A stretch of 50,146 nt of DNA from Polymyxa betae A26-41 (taxonomy: Eukaryota > Protista > Endomyxa: Phytomyxea). The translations under genes were made by a program, and so were the position numbers. Every line of letters starts with the position of its first letter. The stretch's first letter is position 1. The DNA lies in the NCBI GenBank assembly GCA_003693705.1, contig RBZT01000402.1, positions 1-50,146 on the forward strand, read 5' to 3'. Below are positions 11,690 through 23,800 of this stretch, piece by piece. The notes under the pieces were generated by a model, which made no database searches, was not told the DNA's origin, and saw nothing but the letters and a program-made list of their open reading frames with translations.

Positions 11690-14600
11690 ATGCGGATGAC
11701 GCCCTTCTTCTCTCTGGTCTTTGCCTTCGCGGTCGCTGTGTCAGCGTCGTCGCCCATCGACTTCATCTGGGTGCGATCCGACTTTCTTAACCTGTTAGAA
11801 CGACCCTACGAAAGGCCGAAGCCGTTCAAAATTACTTTGAAGCGTGCTGAAGTCACACAGGGAGTAGATCTGCTAGAGAGTTTCTGCAGCAAGGTCATAA
11901 TTTGTAGTAGTACTTATTTATGTGGAGGGTTATACCAGCTTAATTTTGCAGATTGCACTTTCGTTGTGATTTCTCACAACTTTCGTATCTGATTTCGCAC
12001 AACTTTCGTATTTTTGTTAGTTGACTACATATTGCTTGCTGGAATCCTTATGTCTTGCTACAGGGCGTTTTTACGCATCGTCATATTGATGCAGCAATCC
12101 ATGTTCTTGAACTTTTATCAGAAAAGATTACGTCCTCCCATTCCTATCGGCTATATGGAGTCATGATCAAACTGATTTCAGTTGTTGATAGCTCTTCAGA
12201 ATTCACTCAAAGCTGGCTGAAGACATTATCAACTAAAGCTCGATCGATTCCTTCAGAATTTCAACTCATTGATTTTGCACGTGCTCTCTGTCGTTCAAAG
12301 TGAGCATCTACACTTCGGGATCCTAATTTGACCCCCTACCTTTTAGGTTCGATCACCTGCGCGACTCCAAAGGATTTATCGATCTTGTTTCGAATTTAAC
12401 CGTCCGCTTTACTCCGGATCAGATTGAATCTTTTTTTACGTCCCAGATCATGGATGTCCATTCGCTCCCACATTTGGAATTGTTCGCCCGACATATCCCC
12501 CCTGACAGCCGGTTGGATATTCTGAGAAATTTGATTTCAAAAATGTAAGTTTGCTGCACTTTGTTCTTGGCAACAGAACGCTGACCGTCAATATAGAGCT
12601 AGTATTCGAATGTCTTTGCATCTTAGCAAGCATAGAAGCCACCAACGATTTCAGTGGGAGGACCATGATAAACAGCTGCTTCGTATAGAACTTTTTCACA
12701 GACTCGCTCGTGCATGCAGAATAGAAGCAGAAATTATCCACTTTCTTCTGAAAACTGCCAGGTGAAAGAGCATCTTCATTAGTTTCTTCTCTTTAGTTTG
12801 CGAGCGCAAAATAAAGCTGACCGGTTTCTTCTAGGGAAAACCTGGACCGAAGCAGAGAACATTACTACATCGCGCTTCAGCTAATGCATTTGGATCCCGG
12901 CATAGTCCAGTCTAACATTAGCTTGCTATTTGAGCTCCTGCCTCTTTCTAAAGCTCGTTTTCGCTGGAAGCGTCGCATCATTAGGAGCATTGTCAAAAAT
13001 TTGCCCGAATCTTGCTTTCGGCAACAAGCTGAATATGGTCGAACCATACTGGACCTTTATGTAGAGTAAGTCTAGTGATCTGTTGCTGCAACCTCTCATC
13101 AACCACGATTTAGAGTAAACGACCTCGATTACCCCACGTTCAAGAAAATGGAGGATAATACTCCCATAGATATTGTCCACAAAGTTCGTCGTAATGCTCT
13201 GGCAAGCATGGACCCAGACTTGTGGCACGCTTTATTTCTTGATTCCAATTTCGGTTCCATCAATGCTCTCGGCGTCCGACGATTTTTTAATGATGTTTTT
13301 GAGAATCACGAAGGCCGAGGCCGTTTCGAAGCAACTGTGCTTCTAGATATCTTTCAGCGTTATAAAATCCGAAGCAAGCATGATGTTGCCATGAAGGGCT
13401 ACTGCCCGAAGCTGCTGGTTAAAAACTGGTACATTCCTCTTTTTGGTGGTATTTTTCTAGCTCACCGTTCTCTTTTCAGTCGACTTCTGCTCGATTCGTT
13501 TTCGAAAGCCAAAGGACAATCCATTCTGCACTTCATTGACTATTGCGAAAGAGCCAATGTCTTGAAAGATATCATCGATGAAATTCCGGCCATGTTCTCG
13601 AATCCAGATGCTTCGGCACAGTTCATTGCGTATTTTGCAGATTCAATGTAGGTCGCTGGCTTATTTCTTCACAGCCTTTCGTAAATACCTTCGTTAGCGT
13701 GTCTATCAGCGGTAAACCAAGTGAAAGTCAACCACTAGTTGCCAAGGTGCAAGACATTGGGCAGAAGATTTTATCAACATGCCAACGGTTTCCTTGGCTC
13801 TGTGATATCTTCGTCAGATTCTTCGTCAACCATTTTCGGCACGATGAGATGCTCTTCTCAAGATCGGAGATGACTGCAGAGACCAGCATATCCAGTTTAT
13901 ACATCATATTTCTTAGGTAACTTCTTTTGACCTCGTCAAAGGTCTCTTGATTATTCCTCAACTCTCTCATTTCGATATTTGTTGTTTTTCGACAATCTTC
14001 TCCATTTCATTCACGTAATGCTTTCCATATATTCCTTGTGCGCCAATATGATCTGACACATTCTTTTTAGCCTCAAACAGTACAAGTCGAAGCCTTACTA
14101 TCGCATCACTAGTCTTATAGACGCAAGCCTTGACAAAGCTCTAACATTGCATCGAGAAGGAGGAAAAAACGCACCTCTGGAGCAATCAATCATAGCTCTT
14201 GCTCTCAAAATCGCTAAAGACCTCGGAACCGTTCCCATCTGTTTCCGCTTACTTTCGGGACAGCTAGTTCGCTTTCCGTTAAACGTATTGACGAAACCAT
14301 TTCGAGCTTTGTGGAAAGAACAAGGATTCGACAAATTTGCCAGGGCTCTCTTTAGCACTAATCAGCTGCTCACCAAGTACCAACCTCTACTATCCCATGG
14401 CTTCCATCGGGTCCCTATCACGGCAGTCTCTGAACGCCGCATCAGCAAGGGCCGCATGAGAATTCGAGAAATCGTCAGTATCGAAGACGATTATGAGATA
14501 ATCAAGCAAATCGGGTACGGCTCGTACGGAACTGTTTACCAAGCTCGAGTCAACGACCATGTCGTCGCGATAAAAAAGATGGGTCTTCGTAATGCTTGCG

Positions 14601-17024
14601 TCGATTCAGAAGTCGAATTCATGTCTACATTCTGCCATTCGAACGCGATTCCTGGACTGGTACAACTTCTCGATATTGCTAAAACCGAGTATGATATCTA
14701 TCTCGTTATGGAGCTGATCGAAGGCCAGCGACTTTATGACTGGAAGGTTCCTGACGACCCTGAATGTGGTGCAAAAGAGTTGGTATCGATGGCGTATAAA
14801 ATAATAATTACTCTACATCGGCTTCATGAGGTCAACTTGTTCCATGGGGACCTGCATCACTGTGGCAACTGTAAGGGCCTTCGTTATTCAGCAAAATCAT
14901 TTAGCTTTCAATCCTATGAAAGAAGTTGTGTTCATGTTTGATATACGTTTTCTTTCGGCTTTTCTCTGCTCTTATGTCATTCTTAGTTATGGTTGAGCAT
15001 CCTTCAAAAGACATAGTCCTGATTGATTTCGGATTCACTAAACAAGCGAAGTGCGTTTGCCAAGATGGTCCCGATATGTATGATCGTTTCATGGAGCTGT
15101 TATTGAAAGTCAAAGAAAAGTTCGAGCTCAGTTGGTACGAGCCTGCTCCTGAATCATATCGTCCCTTTGAGGCGATGCTGCGGAAGTTGAGGCATCGCTC
15201 TCCCAACTGCTCTGATTTCTTGGTAGATCCAGTGTTTGAAAATCTTTGTTCAGAAGTTTCTTACAGAAAGTCTTTACAAGCTTCTGAATTTCCTATCCGG
15301 CCCGAATTTGAGAGTTTACACTCAGATTCGGGCTCGGACCCAGATGCGGATCATACCAATGATAAGTCCTGCCACCATTCCACAAGTTTCACTGCTGACC
15401 AGAAACTGTTCTCGCCTCTGAGCGAGATTACTCCGTTCGGTTCAAGCTGCTCTGATCTGGGTTCCCCGTTTGCTAAACCACGCGAATCTTCTGTTATGGA
15501 GCCGTTTGAATCTATCATTGTGACATCCGAGGCTTCCTTTTTCCAGCCCCCATTGCGTTCCCAAGATCGTGATGGATCAGCACCTTTTAAGCCAAGAAAA
15601 CAGTGGAATATTCCCATCGGCAATTCTTCGAAGCGATCTACTCCTCTCAAAGCGGAATCCGGGTTGTCCTCGCATACTCCTGATGAGTCTATTGACCAAA
15701 TAGGTCCTGGAACACCACAAGCTAAAGCTTCTTTAACGGAAAGCAACTCCTCAATGTCCCGAAATATTAAATCTGATGATGTCCCAGCTCCGACAAATTC
15801 CCAGTTAGTACCAGAGGACGATGATAACCAATCTAAGGCCGACAACTTGCAAAAAAGCATATGTAAAAATTTCACCGAGACGAAAATTGATGCTATTATA
15901 GGAGATTTCCTAGATGCATTTGACCCAGAAAAATCCTTTCATATTGTTGACAGTAATGCCAATCCTAACAACAGTTCGCCTGGACTTTCTACTACATCAA
16001 ACAAGTCCAGCAGTTCTCAAATTGCTGAACAGTTTATGCAACGCTGCTCAGAAGAAGACTCCTCAAGTTCCAACGTCGATAATAATGCAAATCAGAGTGA
16101 CAATTGCAACCATACTGTTATTGAAAGCCCAATGGCACAATTCATTCCATCCGAGTGCATAAGAGAAGCTATAATACCGATGCAAAGTGATTCTGGCTCT
16201 CAAGACGATAATCTTAATGCGTCCTCAAAGAATTTTGGAAAAATTGCTTCTACTAACGGAGGTCCTACTGTGTCGGCGACCGAGGATAATACCTGCATGA
16301 GCTCAACTTCCGAATTTCTCCAGTCTGCAACTGAAGCTGAACTGCCTCCTTCTTCAGGAACATGCAATGAAGCTCGTATGTCGACTACTGGTGATGATAC
16401 CTACACAAGCTCGACTTCCGAATGCTTCCAATCTGCAACGGAATATTCATTGCCGCTTTTCTCGGAAGACCCTAATCTTATCATCCCCCATGGTATCTCT
16501 TCCAATGAATTGTCTTCCTTAAATACTTCTGATCAAGAAAATACTTCTAACCTTGAATCGTCACGTTCACTTAATAACATCTCCATAAATCTGCCCTGCA
16601 CTTCTCGTGACCGGCATATTTCCCCTTCAGACGATGAAAAGCCACGCTCACTTCCTGTCAATCCAGAAAAAAGTCACGATTGTAATGAGCCGTCCGACTC
16701 GCTCGGTTCGCCAGGACCCATCTCCGATCAAAAGAGGCCTTCTTCTTTAGCTGCTTCTGATTCGAAGAGTTCATCAGAGAGTAACGAACGCCCAGGTACT
16801 CTGAATTTTGGCACATATTCTGAAAGTCTTCAACCAATTACATCGTCATAGTTGTTTGTGTTATGCTCACATTTTTGTTTATAGGTTTCACGACAACTAT
16901 ACTGATCTGGCTATCATGTGGGTTCGTCACGCTGATAATGTTGGCAGCAGCTTCCATTTATGTAAAGAGGACATGCGAGGCCAGGCGGCCTAGACTTATC
17001 GATCTTAGCCATAGCCAATCGTAA
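11690..17024 (+). CDS. Signal-peptide protein kinase with a Ser-rich stalk and C-terminal TM helix (predicted type I membrane ecto-kinase), 10 exons, ~1,440 aa
   Basis: In-phase GT-AG exons 11690-11893, 12064-12299, 12347-12544, 12835-13065, 13114-13428, 13480-13647, 13698-13916, 14071-14870, 14987-16795, 16885-17024. Signal MRMTPFFSLVFAFAVAVSA; kinase motifs IGYGSYGTVY, VAIKK, EVEFM, HGDLH, DFG; last exon TTILIWLSCGFVTLIMLAAASIYVKR. Confidence 0.85.
11968..12012. repeat. 23-nt tandem duplication in intron 1 of the kinase gene
   Basis: gatttcKcacaactttcgtatYt x2. Confidence 0.8.
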
Positions 17025-17975
17025 ATCAGCTTCGTCTCTGGATTGATTGGCAGGCATCGGATTATGTTCGTGCTATTACATACCCGATTTTATCTTATAA
17101 TTTATACCAGAATAAATTCTTACAAAATCATTTTAGAGCATCAATTTGCTCTCAGTCGTGTCAGAATTTTGCTACATTGATTATTCATTCCACTATGCTT
17201 TGAGATCATGCTTCTTACGAAGCGCATATTGGAACAAATTGCTCATTCCTGCACGCTCGTAGCAATGGCGCAGAGATGAGTGAAGGCAGGTTTTCTCGTC
17301 GAAGTCAGCACGATTGCAAAAGAGATATCGCTGCAGTTTCCAACTACCAACAAGCAATGAGTTAGTAATGGCAGATTCAGACTGCCTACGACTTATGTCA
17401 AGACCCTGCAATCGAGTGAAGCGACAAAATTACAACATCGATCAAGCAGATTCTGGAAGCAAAACAGAAAATTCAGGTACGCGGCCTCTCATGGTCAAAT
17501 GAATCACATCCGCGCTGAGACGCAAAGTGACCAAACCTACCAACCAATCTCAACAATATGTTGCAAATCATTACCAAGGAAGTGATCGTCTGGGGTGCTG
17601 CTTGCGTCGTCCCGCCGGCAGTGGCGTTCGTCGGCTGGCGTCCTGCATCGTCGGTCGTGGTAGGCATACTGATTGCGGCGGCCCCGTCGGCCATTAGTGC
17701 TTAGGCTGATCGTAGAGATGCAAACTGCCAGTGAGATCTCAAAGTGACATCTCTCAGCTGCTCATACACCCCGATGTGTCCATCGGCCGTATCTAGGCAA
17801 GAGCTATACAACTTCATAAAGTCCAAGCCCTCATTCCCTTCCAAATAAATATAACTCATTTTAAAAATCGGCCACTGGTTATACACAACTTTTCAAAACG
17901 ACGATCCAGAATGGCGAAATTTTCCGAAATTTTTTTCGAATAGCCGAAAACGGAGCTTGAAATTTTCCAAAAAGA

Positions 17976-18060
17976 TGTGTTCGACGGGATTCGAACCCGC
18001 GCCCCGCGAACGAGACTAGCGCCTTAAGCTAGCGCCTTGGACCAACTCGGCCACAAACAC
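17976..18060 (-). tRNA. tRNA-Leu(AAG)
   Basis: GTGTTTG..CGAACAC acceptor stem, D-arm TGGCCGAGTTGGTCCAAGGC, anticodon arm CTAGC-TTAAGGC-GCTAG, long variable arm, GGTTCGAATCC, then a T5 Pol III terminator. Confidence 0.96.
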
Positions 18061-18327
18061 AAGATGCTTTTTCTTCCCCAACTGCAGCTTCTACCAATTT
18101 CGGATTTGAATATCATGAACGCTCGTTGTCAAGACAGTCAACATCCTATCACGAACTTGAAAATCCCAGTTTGATTTCTAATTTGAAATGAAATTTGTTG
18201 ATTGACAGATTCCAGAACCGATGTCGCTGCAAATGTTATCTGCTACCATCTCAGTGCCACAATCTTCTGAATTTTTAGATATTTTCGCTCGAAATCTGCA
18301 CGCGACGTTTTTATCAATGTTCCTGTA

Positions 18328-19946
18328 ATGGCGGAGACAGCAGTGTCTGGGACCCTATTCCACCAGATCCAGGCCCAACTCGAGCGACAGCTGGTAGAAT
18401 CAACAATCAGGCGTCGGGAACTCCAACGCCAGCAGCTAATCCCAGATGTGGACCTGCCCTTGTTCGAATTCGAAGTCGCTCGTGCAGGCGAGCGTCGTGA
18501 ACAACGACGCCGCGATGAGCAAACGCTGTTAGAGGCGGCCTCAGGACACGGTCAGGTTCACATGACAATCGCTTCCTCGAAACCAGATCGACGGTTTAGC
18601 GTGCGCTCATGGAAGGCATTGACGACTGATTCTTCCAACGTCATCTCGAAAGCCGTCTACGGAAACGACGATCCGCGCGAGAACGCGCTTGTACGACGCT
18701 GGGTGGATCTCTTCTGGCTGACCTGTAACCGAGATCAACATCATGGAGTCCTGCAGCGGGCGTACTGCGATATGTAACGTTAACGTTTGATGCTCCTTCG
18801 TTTCCGTTACATTTTGCAACGTTTCACAATGCCATAATGTTACTTTACGCAAATGTTCTCTGATTAACATGACAGGTATCTGAATGTTTTAAAGACGCTC
18901 TATGAAAGCTTCGACACGGATAAGGCCGGCCAGATCGCCCGGCGTCATTTCGCCCAGATCGTCGGGGCTGGCGGACGCGGCCTGAGCCGGGATGCCATGC
19001 GCCGCGCCATGTTCGATACAGCCGCTGCCTGGGTGACGACGCCGATCTCAGAGTCGTACATCGACTTCTTCAAGAAACTCTTCTATCGGATCTCGACGCC
19101 TCGTAACGGTCCTCTCCTCTTGCTGTTTTCTGATTTTATATTCCTATTGAATCTAATGCGATAATCGAATCTAATTTGATGCCAGAAAACCAGATCTTTT
19201 CTCTTAATTTCAAAGATTCGATTTTGTGGCTTTAACTAAAGCAATTGTAGGGAAGAACGTGGGCGAATACAAATGGCGGGATCTTGAGTCGGTGCCGTCA
19301 TCGATGGACGAAACCAGGCGCCCATTCAATTTGGATTCAATTCCAGATTATGTCAAGCTGGTTGGGACGTCGGGGGCGGCACGACGCCTGCCGGTAGTAC
19401 AATCAGTTTCAAGAAAGCCTGATTCGTTGCCAGAAACGACCGAGCTTGTCCAGACTCCAGACGAATCGCCTTCCGAAGATGACTCTTCGAGAACTTTACC
19501 GCCCATCAAGGGCTCGGAGAGGTCGACCCCTCCCCCAAATCAGGCAGATTTCCAGCTAAAATCTTCAACCATGGTAATGCAAAACCCGAATGTGCTGGAA
19601 GGATAACTTCTAACAACTGCATCGCAACCATTCGAAAAATGCTGATTGTTGTTGGTTTTAGGCGCGCAATCGGAGACAGCCTGAACGGATTCCGAACACG
19701 AAGCCGAAGAAACGTTCGGTAGACGACATCAATTTGGAGAAGCTGCGCCGAAAGCTGAAAGAGTCGCCGAATGTGTTGCTGGCAGACAGCGGGCAGATCC
19801 CGATTCGAGATTTGATTCTGGATCCGCTGTTCGAGGCAAAACCGATCAAGACCAATGGGCGTCGTGTCTCTCGTGATACAAATTGGCTCGAGGTCCGCAG
19901 CACACCCCTGAAGAATGGGAAACTTCCAGCTCTGGCTGGACTGTAA
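18328..19946 (+). CDS. Four-exon hypothetical protein with an EF-hand-like loop
   Basis: Exons 18328-18773, 18876-19108, 19251-19573 and 19662-19946 in phase. LYESFDTDKAGQIARRHF resembles a degenerate EF-hand. Confidence 0.75.
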
Positions 19947-20883
19947 TACAGCCAGTATTCAGCCCTGCAGAAGCCATGCTCAATTAGGGGCTAATGAAAG
20001 TCTCAAGCGACCAGCTGTCGACGAGACCGTTCATTTGTTGCAATTATCATCGGATTGAGCTCCATTCGTTCGGCTGTAGTACATGTTAATGTAAAGACAA
20101 GGTCAAGAGACTGAAAGTTTAGGGTAGAGTTTGATAAGCCATTATTGCAAGTTTGAAGCAAACTCGTTCTTTTCTTCCTACGTAATCAGCCATTTGATGT
20201 CAAGAGGTTCATAAAGTAATCAATTTTCATAAATATTTTTGGGATGTGAATAGAACATTGAACCATGGAGATCTCTGTTTGGATGCTTTCAGGATGAGTT
20301 CCAGTTTTTGAACTTGTGAGTACGTTGTTGATGCCTGATAGACCAATTATACACCCGATAGCCGTCTCATAGAGTGCTTATAGCTTGCAACATCAGAGAA
20401 GCTCGAATCGCAATGAATTAACCTGCAGACGGTTATCTCATTAGCCGAATATTAAGGATGGCACCGATCATTAAATCTTCAGGTGACTGTCGTCATGCAA
20501 GGCGTAACACCGAGGTTTATGTACAATATTCGTGTATTCAACTGCCACTTGTGCTTCATATCTTCCACGTCGGCTGCTATCAGAATATTCTCGAACATCA
20601 AATATACACGAGATAGAATCCCCTACTTATCGTTATTACGTCATATGATCTCTTGAAAGCAATTGTGCAATCTCTTGGAGCAATTGTGCTATTTGCTTGA
20701 GCATAGGAATCACTATACCACCGAATTTGGACATTTAGGAGGCTCGCTGTGGATAGAATCATAGATTTTATAATTTATACTCGCAATAATAACGAGACAA
20801 AAAGGAGAAAAAACTTTTTTAGAAAAAAGCAAAAATTGCGTAAAGCCAACGACCTCATCGATTTGAGTTGGATCCAAAATGCA

Positions 20884-23800
20884 ATGATGATTGAGACAGA
20901 GCGAATCCCTGCACAATCGCTCACAAAATCGGTAGAGGATAAACGACAATACCGACGTCTTCGACTGCGCAATGGTTTGCGAGTCGTTATCGTTCAGAGG
21001 GAACCTGAACTAGATCAGGCCGATACCGCTAGCTGCTCTTCGCAGGTTAATTTTTTCTGGCATTTCTTCTTTCAAACCTTTCTATCCGCTCTGAATAGAA
21101 AATTCTGTTCGATTACGTTTTTTATTTTGGTGTTTTTTCTGTTAGGAAGAGTTTTTAATGTATTCTGAGAATTCTGATCTAGGATTCGGGTTCAGAAGCT
21201 GGTGGGGATAAGAAACCGGCCGCCTTAGCATTGGGCGTCACTGTTGGGCATTTCTATGATCCTCCTGAATTTCCAGGCCTTGCTCACCTTCTTGAGCATA
21301 TGTAAACCTTGTTTACCCCTTTCCGTTGATGGTTATCTTATTCAAAGAGCTCTTACAAAAGCTTGGATTCCAATTTCTATCTTCAATGAGAAGAATATTC
21401 GTGTTGTTTTTTCCTCATCGTTTTGGTTCAATTTTAGTAAATATTGATTGCTGGTGAATCCCTGGTTTTGATGTTGTCTGCAGGCTGTTTTTGGACCGAG
21501 CCCCGGAAGAGAACAGCTGGGAACAGTTCCTTTCCGAGCACGGCGGCTGGTCTAATGCAACCACGAGCGAAGAAACCACTCTATACTTTTATGAAATTCA
21601 TCCTGATTATCTCTCTGAATCAATTGCAAGATTCGTCTCACTTTTTTTGCTGGATCCGTTTCTCTGCCCTGAAGCTGTTGACAGAGAAGTTCAGGTCTAA
21701 GCAGCAGATGAATTCTCGATTTGCTCTTTCTTCCTTCTTCTGGGCTTTCGTCTTCCTTTTAGTTTTTGCTGCAAATTCTTTTGCTTGGTAGCGCTTTTCA
21801 CATTGAAAGAAGACTTCTTTACTAGCGATCAATTTTATCACTCAATCTGTCCAGGCAGTGGAATCCGAATTCCAAGAAGGACTTCTTGTCGATGAGCATC
21901 GTTTGACCCAGATTATGTGCCATATTTCAAAACCGGGTCATCCTTTCCAGAAGTTCGGCTGGGGCAATTGTAAATCGCTGTGCTCCCAATCGAGCTCAAC
22001 CGAGATCGCAGCAGCACTACGTCGATTCCATAACGACTATTATCGTGCTGAAAATATGAACCTGGTGATCATGGTTAGCGATAATCTGGATCAGGTCGAG
22101 GCCGATGTAATCAAACACTTTGGCCTGGTTGCTTCCGGCTCTGTTCCGAAGCTCGCTGCGTCAGGGCTACCGTTCAATATGGACGCCTCTGAACCACGCT
22201 TAATCAAGGTTTGCAAGTCGACTCGTTTTGGGTTTCAGTGTTCAAATATTTCGTCGCCTGCAATTTGCATTTCTTGTTGTCAAACTCAAGTCCAATTTTC
22301 TGGGCACTCTTCAATCGACTATTTCTGTTTTGTTAAATTGACCTCAGCACCTGTTTCTAGGTAGCCCCGGTGAAAGAGATTTACTCGTTGGAGCTCGTCT
22401 TCCAGCTCCAGAGTCTACAAACACAATATGCTGCTCAGCCATGGGGATATTGGGGTGAAGTCATTGGCGATGAAGGCCCTGGTTCTGTCGCCCAAATCTT
22501 ACGTGAGCGTGGACTGGCTTCGGAATTGAAAGCTGGACTTGGTCATGAACAGACTTACCAGAATTCCCTCTTCTTCCTTTTTACCATTCAGGTAAGATGC
22601 TACAAATAACCTCTTTAATACTTTTCTTCCTGCGATTGCTCTCTGGCAACTTTTTTTATTTTCCTCGTCCTTAGAGCATCTCTTTCTGAAGCTCTATTTG
22701 ACGTCAGCTGTCTCCGAAAACCCGTTCCCAATGCCTTTTCCATTTACTTTTTCGTTTTTTACTTCGTAAAAACTAAAAGGAAACCTTCTAGGTAACTCTT
22801 ACGAAATTGGGCCATTCCGAATGGAGAGAGGTGTTGAGATTACTGTTTGCTTACATCCATACCTGCGTTTCAGCAGGACCACAACGTCATTTGTGGGATC
22901 AATACTCTTCAATGGCGGCGGCATCATTCACCTGGGCGGAGCCGAAAGAGCCCGCCGAGACTGTTGAGGAACTTGCTTATTCCATGCAGCGTTATAGCTG
23001 GGATGATATCGTCTCGGGTCCTTATCTATGGCAGCGATACGACCCCGACCTGATTATGTCTTTCGGGAATCAGCTTCGACCTGAGAACGTTCTCGTATTC
23101 ATGCAAGCTTCTTTTGGCAGTACAAATTCGGACAGCCCAGGTAGGACGTGCTGTTAGTATTTCATGTTTAATTTTTGGAGCTTTGGAGCTTCCTTTCTCA
23201 TTCCTTTCTTTGCTTACGGGTATATTCTGGGTAGTTCGGGGACTTGGCCTCAATGCCAGGAATGCCTTGTGTTTTTGTGTCGGCACTGCCCTTTTTATTC
23301 AGCTAAATAGATAACTCTCTTCCTTTCCATTGCTCTCTTTGCTTTGCCCATTTGCTCTTCGCCGTCCCTTTGTAATTTCTATTTTGCATTGCCAAGGCTG
23401 TCATTGTTCTATTCTCCCTTTTTCTGAAATTCTTTTTATGTAACCAGTTTCGTGTAATTAATTTCCGATTCTTTTTAGACTCTGTTCCGACCGACCAATA
23501 CAAACCTACCGGATCCTGTTTTGATCCCTCTGGGTTTGATGGTCATGATGCTGTCCTTGCCAAAGGTATGTAATGTGCGGTCGGCTTCGCTGCTGAATAA
23601 ACAGCCATATTCAGGGGCTTCTAATGATTGCGATGGACGTCATGTTTCATCTAGTTTCTCCAAGACGCCACATTCCGAGACGATTGTCCCGTCCTGCAAT
23701 GGTAAAACTTCAAGGTTATTCTCCTAATTCATTCTTACATTAATCTTCAGGACAATTGCTAGAGATTGAGCCCTGGTTCGGGACAAAATTCCATCGAGCG

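Noticed and set aside
14926-16851. 641-aa ORF as a standalone gene
   Set aside because: It begins inside an intron and is exon 9 of the kinase gene.
17193-17859. Possible minus-strand spliced gene (MSYIYLEG../MADGAAA..)
   Set aside because: In-frame stop at 17701 and no consistent exon phasing found. Unresolved.
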